DNA of 52,849 nucleotides from Candidatus Hermodarchaeota archaeon (GTDB taxonomy: Archaea; Asgardarchaeota; Hermodarchaeia; Hermodarchaeales; Hermodarchaeaceae). The notes under the pieces are model-generated. The model was given only the letters and a program-made list of their open reading frames with translations, did no database searches and had not been told where the DNA came from. The stretch lies in contig JAEOTB010000032.1 in the NCBI GenBank assembly GCA_016840065.1, positions 1 to 52,849 of the forward strand, read 5' to 3'. Of the stretch, positions 1 to 10,261 are shown piece after piece (the first letter of the stretch is position 1; each line of letters begins with the position of its first letter). The translations under genes were made by a program, and so were the position numbers.

Positions 1-2
1 AA

Positions 3-2765
3 CAACGCCAACGCCTTGGTGATGATGACCCTAGAGCGATCTTTCCCGTGCAGGATTGGGTTGACAACCAACAAGAAACAAGGACATCGTTTGTAGTTTA
101 CGGGTCGGTGGGTTTGATAGATGTTGACGGAAATGATCGAGATAATTACAACTTGCCGTATTTGCCTTTTGCCTATGGAAATGGGATAAAGGATTGTCAA
201 ACGCTTTTCGTAGGTAATGAATTCCTAGACCATGCAGAGTCGGTATTTCAGGTATCCTCTGGGAATCTAGACCTTGATACCAACGAGGTGTTAGTAAGTC
301 AGCGTGTTGTCGACGATGCCCTAGAAGTCCTCGGTCTGGGCATAGGAGTTGGTAGCACTTTAACGGTAGCTGTAGCCACAACCTACAACTATAACTTCAA
401 TTTTGCACTAGTCGGGGGCATTGCCCCAATTACCTTCTATGACCTTAGAGTGGCAGGTATCTACGAAATCGAAGCAGAATACGACGCAATGCAGATTGCG
501 TTCCCCACCTATGCTCGCGTGAATTACTTCATGCAAGGAGCCGAGGTTGTATTAGGGTGGACTGACAGCATTATTCTACATGAGGACCTCCTCCTCAATG
601 ATGTTACTCACCCCGAAGATGTAATGGCACTGCAAGTAATGTACCCCCGTCTTCTAGTGGGTGTGGATTCTGAAGGTGTTTACTCGCAAGGCATCGACCG
701 AACTTCCGAAATCCTTGAATCGCTCTTTGCCCGATTAGACTCCCAGTTCGATGTTTTCATCGGGGGTCGGAATAGCATAACCGACCTGGTTAACTATATT
801 GCTGCCTACAAGGAACGATTATCTATGGTCGTTCTGGTTACACCAATTATTCTTCTTTCAGTTTTACTAACGACCTTTACATCGAATCTGTTCCTATCTG
901 GTCGTGGCGCAGAAGCTGCGATACTGCGAGCAAGAGGAACTAGTTATCGACAGCTATATGCCGTTTTCCTCTTCGAGTTCTTGGTAATTGCTATTGTGGG
1001 GCTCGCTCTTGGGACATTATTAGGTGGTCTGGTAGGTTGTCTCCTCCCCTCTGCCACAGGTTTTCTTCTATTTGACTTTAACGTGTTCTTTCGTTTTCTC
1101 TCCTTCGCAACAATTCAGCCTATAGCTTGGATTACAGCAGCTGTCATATGCATTCTTCCTGCTACAATATTCACAATAATTACAACCAGATCATTTCTTA
1201 ACGCTGAAGTTTACGAGACACTCAGAGGAGAGACACCACGTCAAGTATTCACTTCGAGATTACAGTCCCTCTATGTCATCCTCGTCATCCTTGGGGTTTT
1301 AGGCTATGCATTCTTGATTTTCGTCTGGATGCCTACTGTGCCCTATAGCTTCAGGTTAGACTCAGCGTTTGTAATGTTTGCTCTAGGAATTGGTCTTTGG
1401 ATAGCACTTTGTGATGCTGGCGCACGAATCCTCCGCCCTACTGTCGCTAAACTCTCCACCCTCTTCCGTCCGATATTCGGTCAAAAGAGTGCACTCTTCG
1501 CAAGAAGCGTACGTGTTCGACGAAGCCGAATTCTCCCCCTGCTCATTATACTTACCTTGACTTTCTCCTTGACAATATTTACTGCAGCTGAGGCACAGAC
1601 CTACCATGAACATCACCAAGAGCAAATCGATTACTATATAGGGGGAGATGTCCGTATTTTCAGCCCCCTAACTCCAGCAATTCGAGTACAAGAAGTTGTA
1701 AATATTCAAGGTGTAGCAAGGGCAACCTCCTTCATCGAAGTTCGTGCAAGATACCCAGGTCCTGATGGCGTTGAATTTCACCTATTTGGAATAGACCCTG
1801 AAGCCTATGCTGAAGTTGGATACTGGGACGAAACAAGTTTCCCCAACGGTGACGCCCAATCAGTAATGGCTGCGCTGGCTGCTGATCACTACAACATTAT
1901 TATGCCTGAACATCTCGCCAACCAGTTCGATAGGCATACTGGAGATGTGATAAACCTTACCGTCTACAACCAAGACATCATCGAACTACATCACAGTATC
2001 CCACAGAATTTTACTGTTGTCGGTGAATTTCATTCAGCTCCAGGGTTTGGTTACGCTGACCCAGCTGCTCCTGGGGCAACAGTAGCAAACCCTCCAGGCT
2101 TTGGCTTCCAAGAGGGTGTTGCGTACGCCTTCGTGCATATGGATTATTTCTTATGGGAAGTACCTCAGCACTACCTAGTTCATGCCTCCTGCAATATGAC
2201 TCAGACCTTTATCGCTAGTCTTGAACCTGGTGCTGATGTCAATGAAGTAATTGACGAGATTGATAACCTGGACTTCGCTGCAATCGTTTGGTCAGCTTAT
2301 ACTTTCAATCTAGATGAAGTGTACCCGAGTGGCTATCTATTTAGCCAAGGTGTCGTCAGCTTGCTCTCTGTTGGCTTCTATGCATCTCTAGCAATAAGCG
2401 TAATAGCCCTAGTTGTTTTTGTCAGCACGATAGTTGCTGAGCGAAAAGTCGAGTACGCCATTATGCGGGCAATAGGAGGTACTAGGAGACAGGTCACAGC
2501 GATTGTAATCGGCGAATTCAGTGGTCTCATACTCTCTTCATTTCTGTTCAGCCTCGTACTCGGAGCAGGCTTCTCTGTGCTATTGATATACACCCTCATC
2601 AACCTCTATCCCCAACCGTTCATCCTTCCATTTAAGATGGTTTGGCCTATCGCGCTGTTACTAGTTGTACTTGGAGTTGTGATTCTTGGGATGTTGATAG
2701 GGGCCTATTTACCAGCTCGCAGAGCGGGTTCTGTTCAAGTAAGTCGCCTTCTCCGCAACTTGTAA
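3..2765 (+). CDS. FtsX/MacB-type ABC transporter permease (5'-truncated by window edge)
   Basis: Frame is open from base 3. Two FtsX-like TM blocks (EAAILRARGTS, ERKVEYAIMRAIGGTRRQV) with large extracellular domains and a C-terminal YLPARRA motif. Confidence 0.85.
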   Translation, partial: QRQRLGDDDPRAIFPVQDWVDNQQETRTSFVVYGSVGLIDVDGNDRDNYNLPYLPFAYGNGIKDCQTLFVGNEFLDHAESVFQVSSGNLDLDTNEVLVSQRVVDDALEVLGLGIGVGSTLTVAVATTYNYNFNFALVGGIAPITFYDLRVAGIYEIEAEYDAMQIAFPTYARVNYFMQGAEVVLGWTDSIILHEDLLLNDVTHPEDVMALQVMYPRLLVGVDSEGVYSQGIDRTSEILESLFARLDSQFDVFIGGRNSITDLVNYIAAYKERLSMVVLVTPIILLSVLLTTFTSNLFLSGRGAEAAILRARGTSYRQLYAVFLFEFLVIAIVGLALGTLLGGLVGCLLPSATGFLLFDFNVFFRFLSFATIQPIAWITAAVICILPATIFTIITTRSFLNAEVYETLRGETPRQVFTSRLQSLYVILVILGVLGYAFLIFVWMPTVPYSFRLDSAFVMFALGIGLWIALCDAGARILRPTVAKLSTLFRPIFGQKSALFARSVRVRRSRILPLLIILTLTFSLTIFTAAEAQTYHEHHQEQIDYYIGGDVRIFSPLTPAIRVQEVVNIQGVARATSFIEVRARYPGPDGVEFHLFGIDPEAYAEVGYWDETSFPNGDAQSVMAALAADHYNIIMPEHLANQFDRHTGDVINLTVYNQDIIELHHSIPQNFTVVGEFHSAPGFGYADPAAPGATVANPPGFGFQEGVAYAFVHMDYFLWEVPQHYLVHASCNMTQTFIASLEPGADVNEVIDEIDNLDFAAIVWSAYTFNLDEVYPSGYLFSQGVVSLLSVGFYASLAISVIALVVFVSTIVAERKVEYAIMRAIGGTRRQVTAIVIGEFSGLILSSFLFSLVLGAGFSVLLIYTLINLYPQPFILPFKMVWPIALLLVVLGVVILGMLIGAYLPARRAGSVQVSRLLRNL

Positions 2766-2905
2766 GCTAGCCTTCAACTAGACAGAAATCGGAAAGGTAG
2801 TTTCCGAAATCCATAACAGCACTAAATCAGCTGGTAGAGGAAGTAAGACTCTATTATTAATACGAGAAGCCTCTGAATGAAGAGGTAGATAGTGGAGATG
2901 ATACG

Positions 2906-4123
2906 TTGAGTTTAACTGGATTTGAAAGAGTTAGCCAACAACGTCGGCAAAGCCTTAAACGAGCTGCTGATGAAGGGCATCGCATCATCGGTTGTGTTTA
3001 TCCCTCATTTCCAATAGAACTCTTTCTAGCTCACAACCTGTTACCTACCTTGCTCTGGGCAAATCCCAGTGTTCCCTCTGCTTCTGAGGCGAGTCTACAG
3101 ACCTTTTGTTGCGGTTTCGCACGGAATCTCTTCAGCCAGCGAGCAAAAAATCTACTGACACCCCTTTCAGCTATATTCTTTCCCGGAAACAGATGTGACT
3201 CTCTACAGAATCTTTGCGATGTTTGGCGTTTCCGGTTCCCCGACGATAAGGTTCTCCGATTGAACTATCCTTCCACCAAGGAAAGCGAAGCGACAACAAA
3301 GTATCTCGCCGAGGAGTTGCAGTCAATGAGTCGCACCGTCGAAGAATCCTTTGGACTTCCGTTCTCACAGAAGGAGTTTAGCCGTGCTGTTGGTCTTACT
3401 GCTCAATTTCGCGCATCCTCTCAGTTCATTTCGGCAGCTAGGCTCCTCCAGCCTCAAATCCTCACCTACGCTGAATATGCTGAGCTGATATGCCGCTTTC
3501 TTACCTTACCAAATTCGGAATCGTTGAATCAAATTGAAAACAAAGCTTCGGCAATCCGTCAAATTCTCGAGAAAAACAAGCAGGTCATTAACACCGAAGC
3601 ATTGAGCTACACCCTACTTCACCAAGAAATCGGTGAGGTAACGATTTCCCCTGATACTTCCAACCCGCGTATCGCAGTGATTGGGGGGATGGTTGACCCA
3701 GAAGGTTTTGCCACAATGTTCAACAATGCCGCCTCAGAAACTAGCCCAAAAGCTGAAATCGTTCTAGACCTACTTTCCTTTGGCTTACGGACCACATTCA
3801 CCAAACCCCCACGACTCCAAGGTAACCCCTTTGAAGAAATTGCACTAAGCTTACTTGGTCACTCTACTGAGCCAACACAAGAAGGACTACCTGAACGGCT
3901 TGGACTTCTTAAGAAATCACTAACAATGTTCGCTATTGATGGATTGATTATATGCGAGCAATCCTTCTGTGACCCTGACGGGTTTGAAGCACCTGAAGTA
4001 ATCTCAGCTGCAGCAGAAGAGAGAGTTCCCACGGTTCGACTAAATCTAGATGCTGAACTCTCTGATAGAGCAAGATTAGAGAGTAAAATCCAAAGCTTTC
4101 TTGAAACACTAACAATGAGATGA
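2906..4123 (+). CDS. 2-hydroxyacyl-CoA dehydratase beta subunit (HgdB/HadC/FldC family)
   Basis: IGCVYPSFPIEL, TFCCGF, RCDSL, SFCDP and ARLESKIQSFLE motifs; three Fe-S cysteines; stop overlaps the next start (ATGA). Confidence 0.85.
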   Translation: MSLTGFERVSQQRRQSLKRAADEGHRIIGCVYPSFPIELFLAHNLLPTLLWANPSVPSASEASLQTFCCGFARNLFSQRAKNLLTPLSAIFFPGNRCDSLQNLCDVWRFRFPDDKVLRLNYPSTKESEATTKYLAEELQSMSRTVEESFGLPFSQKEFSRAVGLTAQFRASSQFISAARLLQPQILTYAEYAELICRFLTLPNSESLNQIENKASAIRQILEKNKQVINTEALSYTLLHQEIGEVTISPDTSNPRIAVIGGMVDPEGFATMFNNAASETSPKAEIVLDLLSFGLRTTFTKPPRLQGNPFEEIALSLLGHSTEPTQEGLPERLGLLKKSLTMFAIDGLIICEQSFCDPDGFEAPEVISAAAEERVPTVRLNLDAELSDRARLESKIQSFLETLTMR

Positions 4124-5364
4124 TAAAGATGGCGCACAACTCGACCGTAGAGGCTTCACAGGAGGATCAAAAAGCCTACAGAAAACTCCATACACGTGTA
4201 CAGCACCGCGAAATAATGACACTCCACTACTTTGGTGCCAAAACAGCACAACAAGAAGGGCGCTTAGCATGGGTGACCTCGGGGTTCCCTGTTGAAATAC
4301 CAGTAAGTATGGGAGTCTATCCTGTATACCCTGAACAGTATGGGGCCATTGTTGGCTCCGAGAAAGTTGGTCCTAAGGTGTGTGGTTTCGCTGAAGATCT
4401 AGGCTTCTCCCAAGAACTCTGCTCGTATGCAAGATGCAGTATCGGATCAGTCCAAAAACCTGATCAGAGCCCCATGTTTGGTCTCCCCACTCCTCAAGCA
4501 CTCCTCACATGCAACAACATCTGTGGCACGGTTCTACGATGGTACGAGGCCGTCTCCCAAATGACCGGAGCGCCCGTGTACGCTCTTGATACGCCTCCCC
4601 TTGAAGAAACCCAACCTGCCCATCACCTTGTATATGTACGGAGTGGTCTTGAAGGACTAATCGCCTTTCTGAGCCAACACTTCCATCGACCTTTTGATGA
4701 AGCCGCATTGGAAAAGACCGCGTACCTCTCAAACGATGCGATAGATCTGTGGGTCAAAATCCTCAATGCTTGCAAAAATAAACCGACACCATTGAATTGT
4801 GCAGACCGCTTCATCGCCATGGCGCCAATCGTATCAATGCGCGGAACCCAAGAAATCCTACAATATTATCAAGCACTACTCCAAGAAGTCGAAAACCGTA
4901 TAAAACAAGGGGTTGGAGCGATTAGAGAGGAACGGGTACGTCTGCTCTGGGACAATATTCCGCCCTGGTATGTCATATTTAGGCTCTTTAATGGCCTCGC
5001 TGAACGTGGGGTTGTGTTTCCTGCAGACACCTATACTCATGCATGGAGTGGTGGTATCGAGCGTGGGGATGTGCTTGAGAGCATAGCCCGGACCTATTCG
5101 AATGTTTACCTCAATAAAGGACTTTCCGCAAAGATTGACATCATGTGCCGCCTCATAAAGGAGTTCTCCCTTGAAGGCTTCGTCCTCTTCTCTGTCCGTT
5201 CCTGTAAGCGGTACTCCATTGGACAGATGATTGCGAAAGAACAGATTACTGAGCGAACTGGTGTCCCTGGTGTAATTATAGAGGGTGATATGGTGGATAG
5301 TCGACTTTTAAACGAGGCACAGATACAGACGCGTATCGATGCGCTCCTTGAAATGATTCTCTGA
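4120..5364 (+). CDS. 2-hydroxyacyl-CoA dehydratase alpha subunit (HgdA/HadB/FldB family)
   Basis: AWVTSGFPVE, YPEQ (catalytic Glu position), ELCSYAR, CNNIC, RSCK, and GDMVD...QTRIDAL. Confidence 0.9.
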   Translation: MIKMAHNSTVEASQEDQKAYRKLHTRVQHREIMTLHYFGAKTAQQEGRLAWVTSGFPVEIPVSMGVYPVYPEQYGAIVGSEKVGPKVCGFAEDLGFSQELCSYARCSIGSVQKPDQSPMFGLPTPQALLTCNNICGTVLRWYEAVSQMTGAPVYALDTPPLEETQPAHHLVYVRSGLEGLIAFLSQHFHRPFDEAALEKTAYLSNDAIDLWVKILNACKNKPTPLNCADRFIAMAPIVSMRGTQEILQYYQALLQEVENRIKQGVGAIREERVRLLWDNIPPWYVIFRLFNGLAERGVVFPADTYTHAWSGGIERGDVLESIARTYSNVYLNKGLSAKIDIMCRLIKEFSLEGFVLFSVRSCKRYSIGQMIAKEQITERTGVPGVIIEGDMVDSRLLNEAQIQTRIDALLEMIL

Positions 5365-5377
5365 GGCTACGATCAAC

Positions 5378-6166
5378 TTGCCGGATAAACAGAAAATGGG
5401 TATCGGTATTGATGTAGGCTCTACAACAACGAAGGGTGTTGTAGTAGATGCTTCAGGTGCAATTCTTGCCATCTTCCTACTATCTACTGGAGCCTCTGCA
5501 CAGAAAGCAGCCCAGCGCTGCCTTGCCGAAATTTCCACCGCATTAGGACAAGAACTCGATGATGTATCTACTGTGAGCACAGGATATGGACGAAAGCAGG
5601 TAGTGTTTGCACAACAGTCGATAACAGAAATCACCTGCCACTGTGTTGGTGTACACCACCTAAACTCAGATATCCAAACGATTATTGATATTGGTGGACA
5701 GGATTCCAAAGTAATACGTGTTGGCTCCAAAGGTCGTCCTTCAGACTTTGAACTGAATGACAAATGTAGCGCTGGCACTGGTCGATTTCTCGAGGTGATG
5801 GCAAGAGTTCTTGAAGTTTCACTTGAGGAGCTGGGCCAGATGGCGCTACGGGCAAAGACACCCTCCACGATTAGCAGCACATGTACCGTTTTTGCCGAGA
5901 GCGAGGTTATAGGCAGAATTGGTGCAGGTGACAACCCTGACGATATTGCTGCAGGAATCCACCAGTCGATGGCAGCAAAAATCGCTGCACTTTCAAGGCG
6001 AGTAGGAGTTGCATCCCCAGTTTGTGTTACTGGTGGTGTTGCCCTCAACCCTGCTCTTCGGACCTTCTTGGCGCAACACCTTGAAACCGAGCTTTGGGTA
6101 CCTGATAAACCTCAATTCACTGGAGCGCTTGGAGCTGCACTCCTTGCCCTTGAACTAGTTTCATAA
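5378..6166 (+). CDS. ATP-dependent dehydratase activator (HgdC/HadI family, ASKHA ATPase with [4Fe-4S])
   Basis: GIDVGSTTTK, TGYGR, IDIGGQDSK, NDKCSAGTGRFLE, STCTVFAESE, TGGVA and GALGAA motifs. Confidence 0.95.
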   Translation: MPDKQKMGIGIDVGSTTTKGVVVDASGAILAIFLLSTGASAQKAAQRCLAEISTALGQELDDVSTVSTGYGRKQVVFAQQSITEITCHCVGVHHLNSDIQTIIDIGGQDSKVIRVGSKGRPSDFELNDKCSAGTGRFLEVMARVLEVSLEELGQMALRAKTPSTISSTCTVFAESEVIGRIGAGDNPDDIAAGIHQSMAAKIAALSRRVGVASPVCVTGGVALNPALRTFLAQHLETELWVPDKPQFTGALGAALLALELVS

Positions 6167-6233
6167 GATAGGTATCTTCGAAAAGATTAAGACTCCAACG
6201 AAGAAACAATTCAAAGAATAGGAGAGTAAAATC

Positions 6234-6755
6234 ATGGTTATCTTAGCCTACAAGGATAAGACGCCTGTAATCGCTGAGGACGCCTACATCTCTGAACGGG
6301 CATCGGTTATTGGCGCTGCTACAATCGGTACCCGGGCAAGTGTCTGGGAATACGCAGTAATAAGAGCGGACACTAACACAATAACTATTGGAGAGGAGAC
6401 CAGTATTCAAGATAACTGTACCGTCCACGGTGATGCGCGGTTCGCTGTTGAAATCGGTAACCGTGTGACGCTAGGGCATAATGCTGTAGTCCACGGCGCT
6501 AGCGTTGAGAACAATGTGATTGTCGGGATTGGGGCTATTATTCTTAATGGTGCACATATTGGTCACCATTCAATAGTTGGCGCAGGCTGTGTTGTGACTC
6601 CTGGTACAAAGATTCCACCAAAGAGCCTTGTCGTAGGAATACCTGGAAAGGTGATTCGCCCACTAAATGAATCCGATCTCTTTGAAGTGGAACACAGTTG
6701 GCAGGTCTACGTCGGTATGAGCCGCCAATATCTCTCTCAACAAAGTAAGGAGTAG
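6234..6755 (+). CDS. gamma-carbonic anhydrase family / hexapeptide-repeat protein
   Basis: IRAD, IQDNCTVH and GHNAVVHG (three Zn-binding His); left-handed beta-helix repeats. Confidence 0.92.
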   Translation: MVILAYKDKTPVIAEDAYISERASVIGAATIGTRASVWEYAVIRADTNTITIGEETSIQDNCTVHGDARFAVEIGNRVTLGHNAVVHGASVENNVIVGIGAIILNGAHIGHHSIVGAGCVVTPGTKIPPKSLVVGIPGKVIRPLNESDLFEVEHSWQVYVGMSRQYLSQQSKE

Positions 6756-6802
6756 CTCAGGGCGCAGTTAGTTTCTTGATGCGAGTAATATACTTTATGA
6801 TG

Positions 6803-6817
6803 AGAAAGTATTTAATA
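6803..6817 (+). promoter_or_regulatory. BRE-TATA promoter of fbp
   Basis: Purine-rich AGAAAG followed by ATTTAATA, ~60 bp upstream of the start. Confidence 0.55.
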
Positions 6818-6873
6818 GACCCACCTCTAAATGCGATGACGATACTCCTCCTTCAATATTGGACAACTTGTAG

Positions 6874-7983
6874 GTGACAAAATTGAAGATTACAACTTCA
6901 CTAATCAAAGCCGATATCGGCTCAATTGGCGGTCACGTCCGAACCTGCGACGTGACAACCGATGTTGTATGCAAAGTCATTGCAAAAGCCAAAGAATCAG
7001 GATTAATAATCGACTATAAGATATGGAACGCCGGAGACGACACTGAGATATTTATGACCCACACCCGAGGCGTTGACGATGCGAAAATCCACGAGGTTGC
7101 CTTCAAGGCACTAAAGAAAGGTGCTGATAACGCACGAGAACGTGGCCTCTATGGGGCAGGACAGGACTTGTTGAAGGATGCCTTCAGCGGTAATGTCCGA
7201 GGTATGGGCCCAGGGGTCGCTGAAATGGAATTTGAGGAACGCCCCTCTGACCCCATATTGGTGTTCACAGCCGATAAGACCGCACCTGGTGCTTTTAACT
7301 ACCCGATTTGTAAAATATTCGCTGATCCCTTCAACACTGCTGGTCTAGTCATTGACCCCAAACTCCACGACGGTTTCATCTTCGATATCTATGATATCAA
7401 AGGCGACCAGATGGTTACGCTGAAAGCCCCCGAAGAATACTACGATATGCTTGCACTCATAGGGTCCACGGAACACTATGTCATCAAGCGCGTCTTCTCG
7501 AAGAATAAGAAACTAGGTCAGGGCGCAGTTATCTCAACAGAGAAGCTCTATGCAGTTGCCGGTAAATACGTCGGAAAAGATGATCCTGCAGCAATACTCC
7601 GAGCTCAAAGCGGATTCCCAGCGACTGGTGAAGCACTGGAAGGTTTCGCCCTTGGTCATTTAGTAACTGGCTGGATGCGCGGTAGTCACAATGGCCCACT
7701 TATGCCAGTTCCGCTTCGCTACTCTCAGTGTACCCGTTTTGATGGTCCACCAAGAATCACAGGCCTAGCCTTCAGTATGAAGGAAGGGCGACTTACAGAG
7801 CCACTTGATGTCTTCGATGATCCCGCCTGGGACTTCACACGAGATCAATGCATGCGCGTCTCTGATTACCTACGAAGACATGGACCATTCGAACCTCATC
7901 GACTACCCCCAGATGCCATGGAGTACACTACTCTTCCTAAAGTCTTTGAGAAGCTGAAAGATCGATTCAAAACAATCGCGTAG
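6874..7983 (+). CDS. fbp: bifunctional fructose-1,6-bisphosphate aldolase/phosphatase (class V)
   Basis: KADIGSIGGH, GDD, LYGAGQDLLKDAFSGNVRGMGP, DKT, GKYVGKDDP and GWMRGSH motifs. Confidence 0.97.
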   Translation: MTKLKITTSLIKADIGSIGGHVRTCDVTTDVVCKVIAKAKESGLIIDYKIWNAGDDTEIFMTHTRGVDDAKIHEVAFKALKKGADNARERGLYGAGQDLLKDAFSGNVRGMGPGVAEMEFEERPSDPILVFTADKTAPGAFNYPICKIFADPFNTAGLVIDPKLHDGFIFDIYDIKGDQMVTLKAPEEYYDMLALIGSTEHYVIKRVFSKNKKLGQGAVISTEKLYAVAGKYVGKDDPAAILRAQSGFPATGEALEGFALGHLVTGWMRGSHNGPLMPVPLRYSQCTRFDGPPRITGLAFSMKEGRLTEPLDVFDDPAWDFTRDQCMRVSDYLRRHGPFEPHRLPPDAMEYTTLPKVFEKLKDRFKTIA

Positions 7984-8124
7984 AGAAAACCAAGTCCACT
8001 GAAAAGGCTTGCAGCTTTGTATGAGCAGAAAGCGAGATATTTGGCTAGTGGATTGTGGAATTTATCCATGGGAAAACGAAAGCCTTAATTCAGTTCCCTG
8101 TGAGGCTGCAACGAGTGGGTAGCT

Positions 8125-9288
8125 ATGCGTAGTGTTATTGAATGGCTACGAAGCCAGATACAGAACGCAATGGCTGGAATCCGCTCATGTCAGTGGGAGG
8201 CACTCCTTGGTCTCCGAGTTCACATCTTCTTCCTGTTTATCTACGCGTTTGGGGCATTAACCACACCCGGTTTCCCAGATTATTATGATATGTCAGAGTT
8301 GGTTTTTCTTGGAGTTATGAACCTTGGACAGGGAATCAACCCCTACGGACAGGTTTATCCTGTGGGCGTCACTCATCTTGGAGAACCGCGATTTATTTAC
8401 CCTGCACATGGATATTGGTATGGTCCCTTCTCTCTAATCGCCCATCTTCCTGTCCTTCTATTCCCATTCAGGTTTGATGGTGCAGGGTTTGCTGATTTCA
8501 TTCCCTCATTTGTTATTCTCCAAGTGTTCTTTGTCTTCGTAATCTTTTATCGTCTAGTGAGAATGGGGCATCGAACAATAGGCCTCCTAGTATGGGCGAA
8601 TCCTCTCGTAACTGCCTTCGAGATTGGAACCCTTTTCCCCCTTGTAATGATGCTGCTTATGCTAGGTATAGAGCAGATTGAGAACCCTCAGTGGTGTATG
8701 CTCTGGTTTTCACTTGCAACAGCAACATATCTCATCACCGCCCCCTTCGCAATATTCGCATTGTGCTACCATCGCTCAAAAATAAAATCAGCACTTCGAG
8801 GATTAGCTCCAGCGGCTACTGTTACGGCGTTCTTTTTCTTATGGTCAGCCCTAGAAGGAAAGCCTTTGGCACCCTTTCAAGATATGTTTCTTGTACAACT
8901 CAGTAGAGTCTACACAGACTGGAGTTCAGTAACCCCCCTAGCCGCAGCAATGACAATGGGGTCAATTCCCAACGTTCTCTACAACCTCCTTGGTACAGAT
9001 CCCATCAGTCTCTGGACAGGAGGGGTGCTGAGTATGTCTGGAGTCATGATCATATTTACATTAGCCTTGATGGTGCTCTTCCTGTTTCGGCTTGTGCTCT
9101 ACCCTAACCTCAGAAATAGTATCATCTACAGCGTGGTAATCACGGGTCTTCTTATTGCATCCAACCCAAAGGGTGGCACTCACTATTACGTTCTTCTTTA
9201 TTTGCCCATATTGTTCCTTCTATTACAATCAGGAATATTGAACCAGCTCAGCACTAAACTCAAAGGCTCAAACACCCGAACCGAGTGA
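8125..9288 (+). CDS. polytopic membrane protein, probable GT-C fold glycosyltransferase (GT87-like)
   Basis: ~10 TM segments; first loop has D..GINPY and YWYGP, resembling GT87 G-NPY / Y-YPP; late HYY motif. Confidence 0.55.
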   Translation: MRSVIEWLRSQIQNAMAGIRSCQWEALLGLRVHIFFLFIYAFGALTTPGFPDYYDMSELVFLGVMNLGQGINPYGQVYPVGVTHLGEPRFIYPAHGYWYGPFSLIAHLPVLLFPFRFDGAGFADFIPSFVILQVFFVFVIFYRLVRMGHRTIGLLVWANPLVTAFEIGTLFPLVMMLLMLGIEQIENPQWCMLWFSLATATYLITAPFAIFALCYHRSKIKSALRGLAPAATVTAFFFLWSALEGKPLAPFQDMFLVQLSRVYTDWSSVTPLAAAMTMGSIPNVLYNLLGTDPISLWTGGVLSMSGVMIIFTLALMVLFLFRLVLYPNLRNSIIYSVVITGLLIASNPKGGTHYYVLLYLPILFLLLQSGILNQLSTKLKGSNTRTE

Positions 9289-9394
9289 AAATATCACCAA
9301 GACTGAATCAAGAATGCCAGTGTTGAAAAGGAGGTTACTTCCTAATCGAAAACCTTAAGCTTGGCTTTCTACAGGTCAAGTGATGTGAGAAATC

Positions 9395-10240
9395 ATGAAG
9401 GCGTTTATTTCTATCGATCTTGAAGGTATGCCCTTTGTTGTGATACCGGGTCATTTAGGATTGAAAGGTTCCCTCTATAAAGAGGCGAGAGAAATAGCCA
9501 CTAATGTCACCCTTCCCGTGGCTGAGGAATTACATAATAACGGTTTTGAGGAGGTTGTAATCGCGGACAGTCACGGTCCGATGGTTAATCTTCTTGTGGA
9601 TAATCTCCCAGAGTACATTGAACTTGTCCGTGGCTATCCACGTCCTGTGAGTATGGTTGCAGGAGTAGAGGATTGTGATGTCGCGATGTTTCTGGGTTAT
9701 CACGCACGGGCAGGAACAGCCTACGCCACCTTTGATCACACTTACAGTGGCAGAGCTATCCATCGTGTTATAGTAAATGGTGAGGAAGCTAGTGAATTTT
9801 TATTAAACGCCTATGTTGCAGGCGATTCAAAGATACCCGTTATACTCGTCGCTGGTGATTTACGTTTACTTGAAGATGACGTGAGGCAACATGCTCCTTG
9901 GGCAGAACGTGTGGTGCTGAAGAAATCCCTAGGTCGTGGCGCTGCGAGAAGTTACGGGATGGGAAGAATTGAGAAAGAGCTAAGAAATGGGGTTAAACAG
10001 GCTCTAGCCACATTTAAACAGAACAAGGCGAAACCACTGATTGCGAAACCCCCTGTAGAAATGCAAGTCACATTCAATTCAACTTATTTCGCGGATGCAG
10101 CTGAACTCTTACCAATAGTCAAACGTGTTAGTGGATTGGATATCGAATACACTGCAAAAAATATGGTCGAGGCCTACAAGATATTCGAATTACTAAGTCT
10201 GGCAGCAAGTGGTGTCTGGGCAATCAAACAGAACCAATAG
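9395..10240 (+). CDS. dppA: D-aminopeptidase DppA (peptidase M55)
   Basis: ISIDLEG, DSHG, GYHARAG, DHT and SEF..N motifs. Confidence 0.95.
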   Translation: MKAFISIDLEGMPFVVIPGHLGLKGSLYKEAREIATNVTLPVAEELHNNGFEEVVIADSHGPMVNLLVDNLPEYIELVRGYPRPVSMVAGVEDCDVAMFLGYHARAGTAYATFDHTYSGRAIHRVIVNGEEASEFLLNAYVAGDSKIPVILVAGDLRLLEDDVRQHAPWAERVVLKKSLGRGAARSYGMGRIEKELRNGVKQALATFKQNKAKPLIAKPPVEMQVTFNSTYFADAAELLPIVKRVSGLDIEYTAKNMVEAYKIFELLSLAASGVWAIKQNQ

Positions 10241-10261
10241 CCTAGAATAATAGGAGACGGA

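Noticed and set aside
5308-6048. 246-aa antisense ORF over the activator gene (and similar shadow ORFs across the window)
   Set aside because: It fully overlaps a well-supported gene on the opposite strand and has no recognisable motifs.
2906-6166. Benzoyl-CoA reductase or double-cubane protein
   Set aside because: There is a single homodimer-type activator, HadB-like YPE/CNNIC motifs, and no aromatic degradation genes nearby. Not fully excluded without phylogeny.
6757-7531. 14-bp direct repeat TCAGGGCGCAGTTA (6757-6770 and 7518-7531)
   Set aside because: A few 14-mer repeats are expected by chance in 53 kb, and one copy is inside fbp.
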